Shown here piece by piece: positions 60,640 through 64,000 of a DNA stretch of 64,000 bases. The DNA is from Octopus vulgaris (taxonomy: Eukaryota). Under the pieces are notes generated by a model that saw only the letters and a list, made by a program, of their open reading frames with translations, ran no database searches and was not told where the DNA came from. The translations under genes and the position numbers were made by a program. Within the stretch, counting starts at the first letter, position 1. The number at the start of each line of letters is the position of its first letter. The stretch covers positions 34,286,001 to 34,350,000 of the forward strand of contig OX597842.1 of assembly GCA_951406725.2 (NCBI GenBank), given 5' to 3'.

Positions 60640-61044
60640 TATATATATATACACACATATATACACACCTAAACACAAACACGTTTCCGCCAAATAAAAG
60701 CAAGGCTGAGCGTCAGTACAGGATTTATGACACAATTGTATCATTAATTAACGGTGATCAACGTTACGGGGTCTTTGTTAAGTAGGGGACAGGGGTGCAC
60801 GGGGCTTGCATGGGGGTGGGGAGTTGGCTGCAAGGGGGTGAGTAAGGGGGATGAGGAGCCGCTGCGGTCTGAAATGGGGGTTGGAGCACTCCCGTCTTGT
60901 ATGTGTGTCGGACGGGCGGGCTGGCGGGCGGGTGGCGGGGTGGCGGGTTGCTGTGGGTGTGTAGGTAGGTTGGGTGGTTGGATGGTTGCCGTGCCGCCGA
61001 AGTCAGAGGAGCTCAGGTTTGTGGTACGGGTTGATGTTTACGAT

Positions 61045-61059
61045 GATGGTGGTGGTGGT

Positions 61060-61090
<31 letters not shown>

Positions 61091-61148
61091 TTGGTGGTAG
61101 TAGTAGTAATAGTTGTTGTTGTTGCGGTGGTGATGGTAGTGGTGGTGA

Positions 61149-61198
<50 letters not shown>

Positions 61199-61725
61199 AG
61201 TAGTAGTAGAAGTACTAGTAGTAGTAGTAGTAGTAGTAGTAGTAAGTAGTAGAAGTAGTAGTTGCGGTGGTGGTGGTGGCGGTGGTAGTGGCGGTCGTGG
61301 TCGTAGTCATTATTGTTGTTGTCGTTGTCGTCGTCGCTGTGACAGTGGCGGTGGATGTGATGTTGGAGAAGGAGGAGGAGCAGCAGAAGAAGTTGATGAT
61401 GATGATGATGATGATGATAATGATGATGATGATTGTGATGATGATGATTGTGATGATGATGATAATGATGATGATTGTGATGATGATGATGATGATGATG
61501 AAGAAGAAGAAGAAGAAGAAGAAGGAAAAAAAAGAAGAAGAGAAAGAAGAAGAAGAAGAAGAAGAAGAAGAAGAAGAAGAAGAAGAAGAAGAAGAAGAAG
61601 AAAACGATGATGATGATGAAAGATAACAACGACAACAACAAAAAGCAGAAAAGAAAAAGAAGAAAGCGAAGGACAACGACAACAAAGAGGAAGGAATAGG
61701 AGGAATAGGAGGAGGAGGAGGAAGA
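61045..61725. repeat. Compound (GGT)(TAG)(GAT)(GAA)n array
   Basis: Direct inspection. Confidence 0.93.
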
Positions 61726-62147
61726 GGAGGGGGACATGTGAAGACGTCAGTGGAATGGTATGGGATGAGGAGGTTGGCGGAGGACGTAGGAACATAAATC
61801 GGATGAGAAGGAGGGTGGGAGAAGGCGGGTGGAGGAGGGGTGAAGGTTAGGGTATTCGCGATTCAAATTGTCAAGTGGTTAAATGTTATATAGGTGGCGC
61901 TGTATATAGACTGTTTAAATCACAACGAACGATAATCCAGCCACCACCACTACCACCACCACCCGCTCCGACTACATCCATCCCTGTTCTTTTTCTCTTT
62001 TCTCATTTTTTTTTTCTACCCGGTTTCTACCCGGCTTTTAGTCAGCATTTCTTTGTCGGTTCCTTCACCTCTCCTTCTCTTCTTCTTTCCTTCCTTTCCT
62101 TCCTCACCACTTCGGATAGTAAATAATTATTTCTTAGTTCGTCCAAG

Positions 62148-62351
62148 ATGGCGAGCTGGCAGAATCGTTAGCACCGCCGGGCAAAATGTTTGACGGCATA
62201 TCGTATGTCGCTACGTTCTGAGTTCAAATTCCGCCGAGGTCGACTTTACCTTTCGGAGGTCGATAATATAAGTACCAGTTGTGCACTGGGATCGATGTGA
62301 TCGAATGGCCCCACCACAAAAATCCAGGCTTTGTGCCTATAATAGAAAATA

Positions 62352-62382
<31 letters not shown>

Positions 62383-62841
62383 CAAGATGGCGAGCTGGCA
62401 GAATCGTTAGCACCGCCGGGCAAAACGTTTGGCGGCATATCGTACGTCGCTACGTTCTGAGTTCAAATTCCGCCGAGGTCGACTTTACCTTTTGTCCTAT
62501 CGGATATAAGTACCTATTTCTTTACTGCCCACAAGGGGCTAAACACAGAGAGGACAAACAAGGACAGACAAACGGATTAAGTCGATTATATCGACCCCAG
62601 TGCGTAACTGGTACTTAATTTATCGATCCCGAAAGGATGAAAGGCAAAGCCGACCTCGGCGGAATTTGAACTCAGAACGTAACGGCAGACAAAATGCGGC
62701 TACGCATGTCGCCCGGCCTGCTAACGTTTCTACCAGTTCGCTGCCTTTCGGATATAAGTACCAGTTATGCACTGGGGTTGATGTGATCGATTGTCCCCCA
62801 CCACAAAAATCCAGACCTTGTGCCTATAATAGAAAATATTG

Positions 62842-62914
<73 letters not shown>

Positions 62915-63112
62915 CAAGTCGGTGAGCTGGCAGAATCGTTAGCACGCCGGACAAAATGTTTAGCAGTATTTCGCCCGTCTGCTACGTTCTGAGTTCAAAT
63001 TCCGTCGAAGTCGACTTTGTCTTTCACTCTTTCGGTGTCGATAAATAAGTTCCAGTGAAACATTGGGGTCTATATAATTGACTAGACCCTCCCCTAAAAC
63101 TATAGGAGAAAG
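62148..63112 (+). mobile_element. Three B-tailed SINE2 copies separated by (TTA)n
   Basis: Heads at about 62148, 62388 and 62918. Confidence 0.85.
62515..62747 (-). mobile_element. SINE family 2 monomer (A tail) nested in a B-tailed copy; 15-bp TSD
   Basis: TSD TCGGATATAAGTACC at 62500-62514 and 62748-62762. Confidence 0.9.
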
Positions 63113-63115
63113 AAG

Positions 63116-63222
<107 letters not shown>

Positions 63223-63231
63223 ATGTATATA

Positions 63232-63645
63232 GGAGTGGCTGTGTGGTAAGTAGCTTGCTTACCAACCACATGGTTCCGGGTTCAGTCCAACTGCGTGGCA
63301 CCTTGGGCAAGTGACTTCTACTATAGCTTCGGGCCGACCAAAGCCTTGTGAGTGGATTTGGTAGACGGAAACTGAAAAGAAGCCTGTCGTATATATGTAT
63401 ATATATATATATATGTATGTATGTGTGTGTTTGTGTGTCTGTGTTTGTCCCCCCAACATCGCTTGAAAACCGATGCTGGTATGTTTATGTTCCCGTAACT
63501 TAGTGGTTCGGCAAAAGAACCGATGTAATAAATAGTAATCTTACAAAGAATAAGTCCTGGGGTTGATTTACCCGACTAAAGACGATGCTCCAGCATGACC
63601 ACAATCAAATGACTGAAACAAGTAATAGAGTAAAAGAGTAAAGAG
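63232..63645 (+). mobile_element. SINE family 1, full length
   Basis: Family match. Confidence 0.88.
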
Positions 63646-63942
63646 TATATATATATTATCAGAACTGTTTTAAATAAATAAATAGACATAATATAATGTC
63701 TAAAAGCTGATGAATACTACCCCTGGATTCCCTCCATTTTCTTCTTGCCGTATAAATTAAGGGTAAAAACCACTTATTACCCTCACCCAGGTATTATACT
63801 CAGTAATGCAATTGCCACGCAGTAAGCAACACTTGTGTAATAATTGGGTATTCTACCAGTAGTATATTGGATATATACTATCCCTTAGTTGGTTGCACTC
63901 ACAACCTCAAACCCTCTTTGAATTATATGTGTGTGTGTGTAT

Positions 63943-63985
<43 letters not shown>

Positions 63986-64000
63986 TGTATGTGTGTGTGT

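Noticed and set aside
63706-63800. CTGATGA followed by a stem
   Set aside because: No downstream GAAA..UH box

Overview
Repeat-saturated, AT-rich animal non-coding DNA. The SINE families and extreme (TA)n/(TG)n/(GATA)n/(CAT)n/(GGT)n load suggest an octopus/cephalopod genome (inference). No host protein-coding gene is recognisable; almost all listed ORFs are microsatellite or SINE translations. The window holds: (i) decayed DNA transposons (a mariner split by a TIR/TA-bounded pogo deletion derivative and a SINE, a second mariner end, Tc1 DD34E remnants, a Tigger-like end); (ii) a head-to-tail pair of non-autonomous Helitrons; (iii) three abundant tRNA-derived SINE groups, one forming arrays with an exact 184-bp period and sharing its 3' tail with an L1/Tx1-like LINE that ends in (TATC)n; (iv) the most striking signal, several unrelated short non-coding elements in or beside (TA)n tracts, often folded as long palindromes, that carry type I hammerhead-ribozyme motifs (Penelope-like pLTR/retrozyme-like), one pair with compensatory stem changes; (v) small unique CpG-rich islands with CTCF-like and STAT/NF-kB/ETS-like motifs; (vi) a probable assembly artefact at about 45.3-47.7 kb. 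All alignments and folds were done by eye, and no searches were run.
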